Assembly (NCBI GenBank): GCA_964057225.1
Contig: CAXKVF010000073.1
Coordinates: 1,116,001-1,180,000, forward strand
DNA: 64,000 nucleotides
Source of the DNA: Auanema rhodensis
Lineage: Eukaryota > Animalia > Nematoda
Direction: 5' to 3'
Shown here: piece by piece, positions 13,458 to 27,519 of the stretch
Layout of the letters: each line of letters starts with the position of its first letter
How positions within the stretch are numbered: the first letter of the stretch is position 1
Program-made: the position numbers and the translations under genes
Notes under the pieces: model-generated
What the model was told of the DNA's origin: nothing
The model's database searches: none
The model's input: the letters and a program-made list of their open reading frames with translations, nothing else

Positions 13458-16400
13458 CATCTCTTTATCTTTCACGTGAAGCGAGTTACATACCAAGTGC
13501 ACATCACGTGTACATTTAATTAGCATAAATTAAAGTTCACGTAAATTTCAAAGTCATGGTTACCATGCACCAATATCAATAAAAATTTGTTTTTAGACTA
13601 ATATGGACATGGGGAATCTAATTTTGAAAACCGCATCTCTTTATCTTTCACGTGAAGCGAGTTACATACCAAGTGCACATCACGTGTACATTTAATTAGC
13701 ATAAATTAAAGTTCACGTAAATTTCAAAGTCATGGTTACCATGAATCAATATCAATAACAATTTGTTTTTAGACTAATATGGACATGGGCAATCTAATTT
13801 TGAAAACCGCATCTCTTTATCTTTCACGTGAAGCGAGTTACATACCAAGTGCACATCACGTGTACATTTAATTAGCATAAATTAAAGTTCACGTAAATTT
13901 CAAAGTCATGGTTACCATGCACCAATATCAATAAAAATTTGTTTTTAGACTAATATGAACATGAGGAATCTAATTTTGAAAACCGCATCTCTTTATCTTT
14001 CACGTGAAGCGAGTTACATACCGAGTGCACATCACGTGTACATTTAATTAGCATAAATTAAAGTTCACGTAAATTTCAAAGTCATGGTTACCATGCACCA
14101 ATATCAATAAAAATTTGTTTTTAGACTAATATGGACATGGGGAATCTAATTTTGAAAACCGCATCTCTTCATCTTTCACGTGAAGCGAGTTACATACCAA
14201 GTGCACATCACGTCTAAATTTAATTAGCATAAATTAAAGTTCACGAAAATTTCAAAGTCATGGTTACCATGAACCAATATCAATAAAAATTTGTTTTTAG
14301 ACTAATATGGACATGAGCAATCTAATTGTGAAAACCGCATCTCTTCATCTTTCACGTGAAGCGAGTTACATACCAAGTGCACATCACGTGTACATTTAAT
14401 TAGCATAAATTAAAGTTCACGTAAATTTCAAAGTCATGGTTACCATGAACCAATATCAATAAAAATTTGTTTTTAGACTAATATGGACATGGGGAATCTA
14501 ATTTTGAAAACCGCATCTCTTTATCTTTCACGTGAAGCGAGTTACATACCAAGTGCACATCACGTGTACATTTAATTAGCATAAATTAAAGTTCACGTAA
14601 ATTTCAAAGTCATGGTTACCATGCACCAATATCAATAAAAATTTGTTTTTAGACTAATATGGACATGGGGAATCTAATTTTGAAAACCGCATCTCTTTAT
14701 CTTTCACGTGAAGCGAGTTACATACCAAGTGCACATCACGTGTACATTTAATTAGCATAAATTAAAGTTCACGTAAATTTCAAAGTCATGGTTACCATGA
14801 ACCAATATCAATAAAAATTTGTTTTTAGACTAATATGGACATGGGGAATCTAATGTTGAAAACCGCATCTCTTTATCTTTCACGTGAAGCGAGTTACATA
14901 CCAAGTGCACATCACGTTTACAATTAATTAGCATAAATTAAAGTTCACGTAAATTTCAAAGTCATGGTTACCATGAACCAATATCAATAAAAATTTGTTT
15001 TTAGACTAATATGGACATGGGGAATCTAATGTTGAAAACCGCATCTCTTTATCTTTCACGTGAAGCGAGTTACATACCAAGTGCACATCACGTGTACATT
15101 TAATTAGCATAAATTAAAGTTCACGTAAATTTCAAAGTCATGGTTACCATGCACCAATATCAATAAAAATTTGTTTTTAGACTAATATGGACATGAGGAA
15201 TCTAATTTTGAAAACCGCATCTCTTTATCTTTCACGTGAAGCGAGTTACATACCGAGTGCACATCACGTGTACATTTAATTAGCATAAATTAAAGTTCAC
15301 GTAAATTTCAAAGTCATGGTTACCATGCACCAATATCAATAAAAATTTGTTTTTAGACTAATATGGACATGGGGAATCTAATTTTGAAAACCGCATCTCT
15401 TCATCTTTCACGTGAAGCGAGTTACATACCAAGTGCACATCACGTCTAAATTTAATTAGCATAAATTAAAGTTCACGAAAATTTCAAAGTCATGGTTACC
15501 ATGAACCAATATCAATAAAAATTTGTTTTTAGACTAATATGGACATGGGCAATCTAATTTTGAAAACCGCATCTCTTCATCTTTCACGTGAAGCGAGTTA
15601 CATACCAAGTGCACATCACGTGTACATTTAATTAGCATAAATTAAAGTTCACGTAAATTTCAAAGTCATGGTTACCATGAACCAATATCAATAAAAATTT
15701 GTTTTTAGACTAATATGGATATGGGGAATCTAATTTTGAAAACCGCATCTCTTTATCTTTCACGTGAAGCGAAGTTACACACCAAGTGCACATCACGTGT
15801 ACATTTAATTAGCATAAATTAAAGTTCACGTAAATTTCAAAGTCATGGTTACCATGCACCAATATCATTAAAAATTTGTTTTTAGACTAATATGGACATG
15901 GGGAATCTAATTTTGAAAACCGCATCTCTTTATCTTTCACGTGAAGCGAGTTACATACCAAGTGCACATCACGTGTACATTTAATTAGCATAAATTAAAG
16001 TTCACGTAAATTTCAAAGTCATGGTTACCATGAACCAATATCAATAAAAATTTGTTTTTAGACTAATATGGACATGGGGAATCTAATGTTGAAAACCGCA
16101 TCTCTTTATCTTTCACGTGAAGCGAGTTACATACCAAGTGCACATCACGTTTACAATTAATTAGCATAAATTAAAGTTCACGTAAATTTCAAAGTCATGG
16201 TTACCATGAACCAATATCAATAAAAATTTGTTTTTAGACTAATATGGACATGGGGAATCTAATGTTGAAAACCGCATCTCTTTATCTTTCACGTGAAGCG
16301 AGTTACATACCAAGTGCACATCACGTGTACATTTAATTAGCATAAATTAAAGTTCACGTAAATTTCAAAGTCATGGTTACCATGAACCAATATCAATAAC

Positions 16401-19400
16401 AATTTGTTTTTAGACTAATATGGACATGGGGAATCAAATTTTGAAAACCGCATCTCTTTATCTTTCACGTGAAGCGAGTTACATACCAAGTGCACATCAC
16501 GTGTACATTTAATTAGCATAAATTAAAGTTCACGTAAATTTCAAAGTCATGGTTACCATGAACCAATATCAATACAAATTTGTTTTTAGACTAATATGGA
16601 CATGGGGAATCTAATTTTGAAAACCGCATCACTTTATCTTTCACGTGAAGCGAGTTACATACCAAGTGCACATCACGTGTACATTTAATTAGCATAAATT
16701 AAAGTTCACGTAAATTTCAAAGTCATGGTTACCATGCACCAATATCAATAAAAATTTGTTTTTAGACTAATATGGACATGGGGAATCTAATGTTGAAAAC
16801 CGCATCTCTTGATCTTTCACGTGAAGCGAGTTACATACCAAGTGCACATCACGTGTACATTTAATTAGCATAAATTAAAGTTCACGTAAATTTCAAAGTC
16901 ATGGTTACCATGCACCAATATCAATAAAAATTTGTTTTTAGACTAATATGGACATGGGGAATCTAATGTTGAAAACCGCATCTCTTTATCTTTCACGTGA
17001 AGCGAGTTACATACCAAGTGCACATCACGTGTACATTTAATTAGCATAAATTAAAGTTCACGTAAATTTCAAAGTCATGGTTACCATGAACCAATATCAA
17101 TAAAAATTTGTTTTTAGACTAATATGGACATGGGGAATCTAATTTTGAAAACCGCATCTCTTTATCTTTCACGTGAAGCGAGTTACATACCAAGTGCACA
17201 TCACGTGTACATTTAATTAGCATAAATTAAAGTTCACGTAAATTTCAAAGTCATGGTTACCATGAACCAATATGAATTAAAATTTGTTTTTAGACTAATA
17301 TGGACATGGGCAATCTAATTTTGAAAACCGCATCTCTTTATCTTTCACGTGAAGCGAGTTACATACCAAGTGCACATCACGTGTACATTTAATTAGCATA
17401 AATTAAAGTTCACGTAAATTTCAAAGTCACGGTTACCATGCACCAATATCAATAAAAATTTGTTTTTAGACTAATATGGACATGGGGAATCTAATTTTGA
17501 AAACCGTATCTCTTTATCTTTCACGTGAAGCGAGTTACATACCAAGTGCACATCACGTGTACATTTAATTAGCATAAATTAAAGTTCACGTAAATTTCAA
17601 AGTCATGGTTACCATGAACCAATATCAATAACAATTTGTTTTTAGACTAATATGGACATGGGCAATCTAATTTTGAAAACCGCATCTCTTTATCTTTCAC
17701 GTGAAGCGAGTTACATACCAAGTGCACATCACGTGTACATTTAATTAGCATAAATTAAAGTTCACGTAAATTTCAAAGTCATGGTTACCATGCACCAATA
17801 TCAATAAAAATTTGTTTTTAGACTAATATGGACATGGGGAATCTAATTTTGAAAACCGCATCTCTTCGTCTTTCACGTGAAGCGAGTTACATACCAAGTG
17901 CACATCACGTGTACATTTAATTAGCATAAATTAAAGTTCACGTAAATTTCAAAGTCATGGTTACCATGCACCAATATCAATAAAAATTTGTTTTTAGACT
18001 AATATGGACATAAGGAATCTAATTTTGAAAACCGCATTTCTTTATCTTTCACGTGAAGCGAGTTACATACCAAGTGCACATCACGTGTACATTTAATTAG
18101 CATAAATTAAAGTTCACGTAAATTTCAAAGTCACGGTTACCATGCACCAATATCAATAAAAATTTGTTTTTAGACTAATATGGACATGGGGAATCTAATT
18201 TTGAAAACCGTATCTCTTTATCTTTCACGTGAAGCGAGTTACATACCAAGTGCACATCACGTCTACATTTAATTAGCATAAATTAAAGTTCACGTAAATT
18301 TCAAAGTCATGGTTACCATGAACCAATATCAATAACAATTTGTTTTTAGACTAATATGGACATGGGCAATCTAATTTTGAAAACCGCATCTCTTTATCTT
18401 TCACGTGAAGCGAGTTACATACCAAGTGCACATCACGTGTACATTTAATTAGCATAAATTAAAGTTCACGTAAATTTCAAAGTCATGGTTACCATGCACC
18501 AATATCAATAAAAATTTGTTTTTAGACTAATATGGACATGGGGAATCTAATTTTGAAAACCGCATCTCTTCGTCTTTCACGTGAAGCGAGTTACATACCA
18601 AGTGCACATCACGTGTACATTTAATTAGCATAAATTAAAGTTCACGTAAATTTCAAAGTCATGGTTACCATGCACCAATATCAATAAAAATTTGTTTTTA
18701 GACTAATATGGACATGGGGAATCTAATGTTGAAAACCGCATCTCTTTATCTTTCACGTGAAGCGAGTTACATACCAAGTGCACATCACGTGTACATTTAA
18801 TTAGCATAAATTAAAGTTCACGTAAATTTCAAAGTCATGGTTACCATGAACCAATATCAATAAAAATTTGTTTTTAGACTAATATGGACATGGGGAATCT
18901 AATTTTGAAAACCGCATCTCTTTATCTTTCACGTGAAGCGAGTTACATACCAAGTGCACATCACGTGTACGTTTAATTAGCATAAATTAAAGTTCACGTA
19001 AATTTCAAAGTCATGGTTACCATGAACCAATATCAATTAAAATTTGTTTTTAGACTAATATGGACATGGGCAATCTAATTTTGAAAACCGCATCTCTTTA
19101 TCTTTCACGTGAAGCGAGTTACATACCAAGTGCACATCACGTGTACATTTAATTAGCATAAATTAAAGTTCACGTAAATTTCAAAGTCACGGTTACCATG
19201 CACCAATATCAATAAAAATTTGTTTTTAGACTAATATGGACATGGGGAATCTAATTTTGAAAACCGTATCTCTTTATCTTTCACGTGAAGCGAGTTACAT
19301 ACCAAGTGCACATCACGTGTACATTTAATTAGCATAAATTAAAGTTCACGTAAATTTCAAAGTCATGGTTACCATGAACCAATATCAATAACAATTTGTT

Positions 19401-22400
19401 TTTAGACTAATATGGACATGGGCAATCTAATTTTGAAAACCGCATCTCTTTATCTTTCACGTGAAGCGAGTTACATACCAAGTGCACATCACGTGTACAT
19501 TTAATTAGCATAAATTAAAGTTCACGTAAATTTCAAAGTCATGGTTACCATGCACCAATATCAATAAAAATTTGTTTTTAGACTAATATGGACATGGGGA
19601 ATCTAATGTTGAAAACCGCATCTCTTGATCTTTCACGTGAAGCGAGTTACATACCATGTGCACATCACGTGTACATTTAATTAGCATAAATTAAAGTTCA
19701 CGTAAATTTCAAAGTCATGGTTACCATGAACCAATATCAATAACAATTTGTTTTTAGACTAATATGGACATGGGCAATCTAATTTTGAAAACCGCATCTC
19801 TTTATCTTTCACGTGAAGCGAGTTACATACCAAGTGCACATCACGTGTACATTTAATTAGCATAAATTAAAGTTCACGTAAATTTCAAAGTCATGGTTAC
19901 CATGCACCAATATCAATAAAAATTTGTTTTTAGACTAATATGGACATGGGGAATCTAATTTTGAAAACCGCATCTCTTCGTCTTTCACGTGAAGCGAGTT
20001 ACATACCAAGTGCACATCACGTGTACATTTAATTAGCATAAATTAAAGTTCACGTAAATTTCAAAGTCATGGTTACCATGCACCAATATCAATAAAAATT
20101 TGTTTTTAGACTAATATGGACATGGGGAATCTAATGTTGAAAACCGCATCTCTTTATCTTTCACGTGAAGCGAGTTACATACCAAGTGCACATCACGTGT
20201 ACATTTAATTAGCATAAATTAAAGTTCACGTAAATTTCAAAGTCATGGTTACCATGAACCAATATCAATACAAATTTGTTTTTAGACTAATATGGACATG
20301 GGGAATCTAATTTTGAAAACCGCATCACTTTATCTTTCACGTGAAGCGAGTTACATACCAAGTGCACATCACGTGTACATTTAATTAGCATAAATTAAAG
20401 TTCACGTAAATTTCAAAGTCATGGTTACCATGAACCAATATCAATAAAAATTTGTTTTTAGACTAATATGGACACGGGGAATCTAATGTTGAAAACCGCA
20501 TCTCTTTATCTTTCACGTGAAGCGAGTTACATACCAAGTGCACATCACGTTTACAATTAATTAGCATAAATTAAAGTTCACGTAAATTTCAAAGTCATGG
20601 TTACCATGAACCAATATCAATAAAAATTTGTTTTTAGACTAATATGGACATGGGGAATCTAATTTTGAAAACCGCATCTCTTTATCTTTCACGTGAAGCG
20701 AGTTACATACCAAGTGCACATCACGTGTACATTTAATTAGCATAAATTAAAGTTCACGTAAATTTCAAAGTCATGGTTACCATGAACCAATATCAATAAA
20801 AATTTGTTTTTAGACTAATATGGACATGGGCAATCTAATTTTGAAAACCGCATCTCTTTATCTTTCACGTGAAGCAAGTTACATACCAAGTGCACATCAC
20901 GTGTACATTTAATTAGCATAAATTAAAGTTCACGTAAATTTCAAAGTCATGGTTACCATGAAGCAATATCAATAAAAATTTGTTTTTAGACTAATATGGA
21001 CATGGGGAATCTAATTTTGAAAACCGCATCTCTTTATCTTTCACGTGAAGCGAGTTACATACCAAGTGAACATCACGTGTACATTTAATTAGCATAAATT
21101 AAAGTTCACGTAAATTTCAAAGTCATGGTTACCATGAAGCAATATCAATAAAAATTTGTTTTTAGACTAATATGGACATGGGGAATCTAATGTTGAAAAC
21201 CGCATCTCTTCATCTTTCACGTGAAGCGAGTTATATACCAAGTGCACATCACGTGTACATTTAATTAGCATAATGGTTACCATGGTTACCATGCACCAAT
21301 ATCAATAAAAATTTGTTTTTAGACTAATATGGACATGGGGAATCTAATTTTGAAAACCGCATCTCTTTATCTTTCACGTGAAGCGAGTTACATACCAAGT
21401 GCACATCACGTGTACATTTAATTAGCATAAATTAAAGTTCACGTAAATTTCAAAGTCATGGTTACCATGAACCAATATCAATAAAAATTTGTTTTTAGAC
21501 TAATATGGACATGGGGAATCTAATTTTGAAAACCGCATCTCTTTATCTTTCACGTGAAGCGAGTTACATACCAAGTGCACATCACGTGTACATTTAATTA
21601 GCATAAATTAAAGTTCATGTAAATTTCAAAGTCGTGGTTACCATGCACCAATATCAATAAAAATTCGTTTTTAGACTAATATGGACATGGGGAATCTAAT
21701 TTTGAAAACCGCATCTCTTTATCTTTCACGTGAAGCGAGTTACATACCAAGTGCACATCACGTGTACATTTAATTAGCATAAATTAAAGTTCACGTAAAT
21801 TTCAAAGTCATGGTTACCATGCACCAATATCAATGAAAATTTGTTTTTAGACTAATATGGACATGGGGAATCTAATTTTGAAAATCGCATCTCTTTATCT
21901 TTCACGTGAAGCGAGTTACATACCAAGTGCACATCACGTGTACATTTAATTAGCATAAATTAAAGTTCACGTAAATTTCAAAGTCATGGTTACCATGAAC
22001 CAATATCAATTAAAATTTGTTTTTAGACTAATATGGACATGGGCAATCTAATTTTGAAAACCGCATCTCTTTATCTTTCACGTGAAGCGAGTTACATACC
22101 AAGTGCACATCACGTGTACATTTAATTAGCATAAATTAAAGTTCACGTAAATTTCAAAGTCATGGTTACCATGCACCAATATCAATAAAAATTTGTTTTT
22201 AGACTAATATGGACATGGGGAATCTAATTTTGAAAACCGCATCTCTTTATCTTTCACGTGAAGCGAGTTACATACCAAGTGCACATCACGTGTACATTTA
22301 ATTAGCATAAATTAAAGTTCACGTAAATTTCAAAGTCATGGTTACCATGAACCAATATCAATAACAATTTGTTTTTAGACTAATATGGACATGGGCAATC

Positions 22401-25400
22401 TAATTTTGAAAACCGCATCTCTTTATCTTTCACGTGAAGCGAGTTACATACCAAGTGCACATCACGTGTACATTTAATTAGCATAAATTAAAGTTCACGT
22501 AAATTTCAAAGTCATGGTTACCATGCACCAATATCAATAAAAATTTGTTTTTAGACTAATATGAACATGAGGAATCTAATTTTGAAAACCGCATCTCTTT
22601 ATCTTTCACGTGAAGCGAGTTACATACCGAGTGCACATCACGTGTACATTTAATTAGCATAAATTAAAGTTCACGTAAATTTCAAAGTCATGGTTACCAT
22701 GCACCAATATCAATAAAAATTTGTTTTTAGACTAATATGGACATGGGGAATCTAATTTTGAAAACCGCATCTCTTCATCTTTCACGTGAAGCGAGTTACA
22801 TACCAAGTGCACATCACGTCTAAATTTAATTAGCATAAATTAAAGTTCACGAAAATTTCAAAGTCATGGTTACCATGAACCAATATCAATAAAAATTTGT
22901 TTTTAGACTAATATGGACATGAGCAATCTAATTTTGAAAACCGCATCTCTTCATCTTTCACGTGAAGCGAGTTACATACCAAGTGCACATCACGTGTACA
23001 TTTAATTAGCATAAATTAAAGTTCACGTAAATTTCAAAGTCATGGTTACCATGAACCAATATCAATAAAAATTTGTTTTTAGACTAATATGGACATGGGG
23101 AATCTAATTTTGAAAACCGCATCTCTTTATCTTTCACGTGAAGCGAGTTACATACCAAGTGCACATCACGTGTACATTTAATTAGCATAAATTAAAGTTC
23201 ACGTAAATTTCAAAGTCATGGTTACCATGCACCAATATCAATAAAAATTTGTTTTTAGACTAATATGGACATGGGGAATCTAATTTTGAAAACCGCATCT
23301 CTTTATCTTTCACGTGAAGCGAGTTACATACCAAGTGCACATCACGTGTACATTTAATTAGCATAAATTAAAGTTCACGTAAATTTCAAAGTCATGGTTA
23401 CCATGAACCAATATCAATAAAAATTTGTTTTTAGACTAATATGGACATGGGGAATCTAATGTTGAAAACCGCATCTCTTTATCTTTCACGTGAAGCGAGT
23501 TACATACCAAGTGCACATCACGTTTACAATTAATTAGCATAAATTAAAGTTCACGTAAATTTCAAAGTCATGGTTACCATGAACCAATATCAATAAAAAT
23601 TTGTTTTTAGACTAATATGGACATGGGGAATCTAATGTTGAAAACCGCATCTCTTTATCTTTCACGTGAAGCGAGTTACATACCAAGTGCACATCACGTG
23701 TACATTTAATTAGCATAAATTAAAGTTCACGTAAATTTCAAAGTCATGGTTACCATGAACCAATATCAATAAAAATTTGTTTTTAGACTAATATGGACAT
23801 GGGCAATCTAATTTTGAAAACCGCATCTCTTTATCTTTCACGTGAAACGAGTTACATACCAAGTGCACATCACGTGTACATTTAATTAGCATAAATTAAA
23901 GTTCACGTAAATTTCAAAGTCATGGTTACCATGCACCAATATCAATAAAAATTTGTTTTTAGACTAATATGGACATGAGGAATCTAATTTTGAAAACCGC
24001 ATCTCTTTATCTTTCACGTGAAGCGAGTTACATACCGAGTGCACATCACGTGTACATTTAATTAGCATAAATTAAAGTTCACGTAAATTTCAAAGTCATG
24101 GTTACCATGCACCAATATCAATAAAAATTTGTTTTTAGACTAATATGGACATGGGGAATCTAATTTTGAAAACCGCATCTCTTCATCTTTCACGTGAAGC
24201 GAGTTACATACCAAGTGCACATCACGTCTAAATTTAATTAGCATAAATTAAAGTTCACGAAAATTTCAAAGTCATGGTTACCATGAACCAATATCAATAA
24301 AAATTTGTTTTTAGACTAATATGGACATGGGCAATCTAATTTTGAAAACCGCATCTCTTCATCTTTCACGTGAAGCGAGTTACATACCAAGTGCACATCA
24401 CGTGTACATTTAATTAGCATAAATTAAAGTTCACGTAAATTTCAAAGTCATGGTTACCATGAACCAATATCAATAAAAATTTGTTTTTAGACTAATATGG
24501 ATATGGGGAATCTAATTTTGAAAACCGCATCTCTTTATCTTTCACGTGAAGCGAGTTACACACCAAGTGCACATCACGTGTACATTTAATTAGCATAAAT
24601 TAAAGTTCACGTAAATTTCAAAGTCATGGTTACCATGCACCAATATCAATAAAAATTTGTTTTTAGACTAATATGGACATGGGGAATCTAATTTTGAAAA
24701 CCGCATCTCTTTATCTTTCACGTGAAGCGAGTTACATACCAAGTGCACATCACGTGTACATTTAATTAGCATAAATTAAAGTTCACGTAAATTTCAAAGT
24801 CATGGTTACCATGAACCAATATCAATAAAAATTTGTTTTTAGACTAATATGGACATGGGGAATCTAATGTTGAAAACCGCATCTCTTTATCTTTCACGTG
24901 AAGCGAGTTACATACCAAGTGCACATCACGTTTACAATTAATTAGCATAAATTAAAGTTCACGTAAATTTCAAAGTCATGGTTACCATGAACCAATATCA
25001 ATAAAAATTTGTTTTTAGACTAATATGGACATGGGGAATCTAATGTTGAAAACCGCATCTCTTTATCTTTCACGTGAAGCGAGTTACATACCAAGTGCAC
25101 ATCACGTGTACATTTAATTAGCATAAATTAAAGTTCACGTAAATTTCAAAGTCATGGTTACCATGAACCAATATCAATAACAATTTGTTTTTAGACTAAT
25201 ATGGACATGGGGAATCAAATTTTGAAAACCGCATCTCTTTATCTTTCACGTGAAGCGAGTTACATACCAAGTGCACATCACGTGTACATTTAATTAGCAT
25301 AAATTAAAGTTCACGTAAATTTCAAAGTCATGGTTACCATGAACCAATATCAATACAAATTTGTTTTTAGACTAATATGGACATGGGGAATCTAATTTTG

Positions 25401-27519
25401 AAAACCGCATCACTTTATCTTTCACGTGAAGCGAGTTACATACCAAGTGCACATCACGTGTACATTTAATTAGCATAAATTAAAGTTCACGTAAATTTCA
25501 AAGTCATGGTTACCATGCACCAATATCAATAAAAATTTGTTTTTAGACTAATATGGACATGGGGAATCTAATGTTGAAAACCGCATCTCTTGATCTTTCA
25601 CGTGAAGCGAGTTACATACCAAGTGCACATCACGTGTACATTTAATTAGCATAAATTAAAGTTCACGTAAATTTCAAAGTCATGGTTACCATGCACCAAT
25701 ATCAATAAAAATTTGTTTTTAGACTAATATGGACATGGGGAATCTAATGTTGAAAACCGCATCTCTTTATCTTTCACGTGAAGCGAGTTACATACCAAGT
25801 GCACATCACGTGTACATTTAATTAGCATAAATTAAAGTTCACGTAAATTTCAAAGTCATGGTTACCATGAACCAATATCAATAAAAATTTGTTTTTAGAC
25901 TAATATGGACATGGGGAATCTAATTTTGAAAACCGCATCTCTTTATCTTTCACGTGAAGCGAGTTACATACCAAGTGCACATCACGTGTACATTTAATTA
26001 GCATAAATTAAAGTTCACGTAAATTTCAAAGTCATGGTTACCATGAACCAATATGAATTAAAATTTGTTTTTAGACTAATATGGACATGGGCAATCTAAT
26101 TTTGAAAACCGCATCTCTTTATCTTTCACGTGAAGCGAGTTACATACCAAGTGCACATCACGTGTACATTTAATTAGCATAAATTAAAGTTCACGTAAAT
26201 TTCAAAGTCACGGTTACCATGCACCAATATCAATAAAAATTTGTTTTTAGACTAATATGGACATGGGGAATCTAATTTTGAAAACCGTATCTCTTTATCT
26301 TTCACGTGAAGCGAGTTACATACCAAGTGCACATCACGTGTACATTTAATTAGCATAAATTAAAGTTCACGTAAATTTCAAAGTCATGGTTACCATGAAC
26401 CAATATCAATAACAATTTGTTTTTAGACTAATATGGACATGGGCAATCTAATTTTGAAAACCGCATCTCTTTATCTTTCACGTGAAGCGAGTTACATACC
26501 AAGTGCACATCACGTGTACATTTAATTAGCATAAATTAAAGTTCACGTAAATTTCAAAGTCATGGTTACCATGCACCAATATCAATAAAAATTTGTTTTT
26601 AGACTAATATGGACATGGGGAATCTAATTTTGAAAACCGCATCTCTTCGTCTTTCACGTGAAGCGAGTTACATACCAAGTGCACATCACGTGTACATTTA
26701 ATTAGCATAAATTAAAGTTCACGTAAATTTCAAAGTCATGGTTACCATGCACCAATATCAATAAAAATTTGTTTTTAGACTAATATGGACATAAGGAATC
26801 TAATTTTGAAAACCGCATCTCTTTATCTTTCACGTGAAGCGAGTTACATACCAAGTGCACATCACGTGTACATTTAATTAGCATAAATTAAAGTTCACGT
26901 AAATTTCAAAGTCACGGTTACCATGCACCAATATCAATAAAAATTTGTTTTTAGACTAATATGGACATGGGGAATCTAATTTTGAAAACTGTATCTCTTT
27001 ATCTTTCACGTGAAGCGAGTTACATACCAAGTGCACATCACGTGTACATTTAATTAGCATAAATTAAAGTTCACGTAAATTTCAAAGTCATGGTTACCAT
27101 GAACCAATATCAATAACAATTTGTTTTTAGACTAATATGGACATGGGCAATCTAATTTTGAAAACCGCATCTCTTTATCTTTCACGTGAAGCGAGTTACA
27201 TACCAAGTGCACATCACGTGTACATTTAATTAGCATAAATTAAAGTTCACGTAAATTTCAAAGTCATGGTTACCATGCACCAATATCAATAAAAATTTGT
27301 TTTTAGACTAATATGGACATGGGGAATCTAATTTTGAAAACCGCATCTCTTCGTCTTTCACGTGAAGCGAGTTACATACCAAGTGCACATCACGTGTACA
27401 TTTAATTAGCATAAATTAAAGTTCACGTAAATTTCAAAGTCATGGTTACCATGCACCAATATCAATAAAAATTTGTTTTTAGACTAATATGGACATGGGG
27501 AATCTAATGTTGAAAACCG
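13458..27519. repeat. Higher-order duplication: about 30-monomer block 13458-18738 repeated at 22064-27519
   Basis: Two markers seen only twice in the window share an 8781-bp offset: TATGAATT (G at 17274 and 26055) and CATAAGG (18012 and 26793). GAGCAAT occurs in monomers 14162 and 22768 (offset 8606, before a one-monomer indel). Confidence 0.85.
21203..21359. repeat. 157-bp variant monomer, copy 6
   Basis: Same junction starting at 21267, with the same linked SNPs. Confidence 0.95.

Noticed and set aside
17865-17881. CENP-B-box-like CTTCGTCTTTCACGTGA in the C9/G10 variant monomers
   Set aside because: It matches only 7 of the 9 core bases of NTTCGNNNNANNCGGGN (the central A and one G are missing) and is present in only about 11 monomers. 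Probably coincidental.
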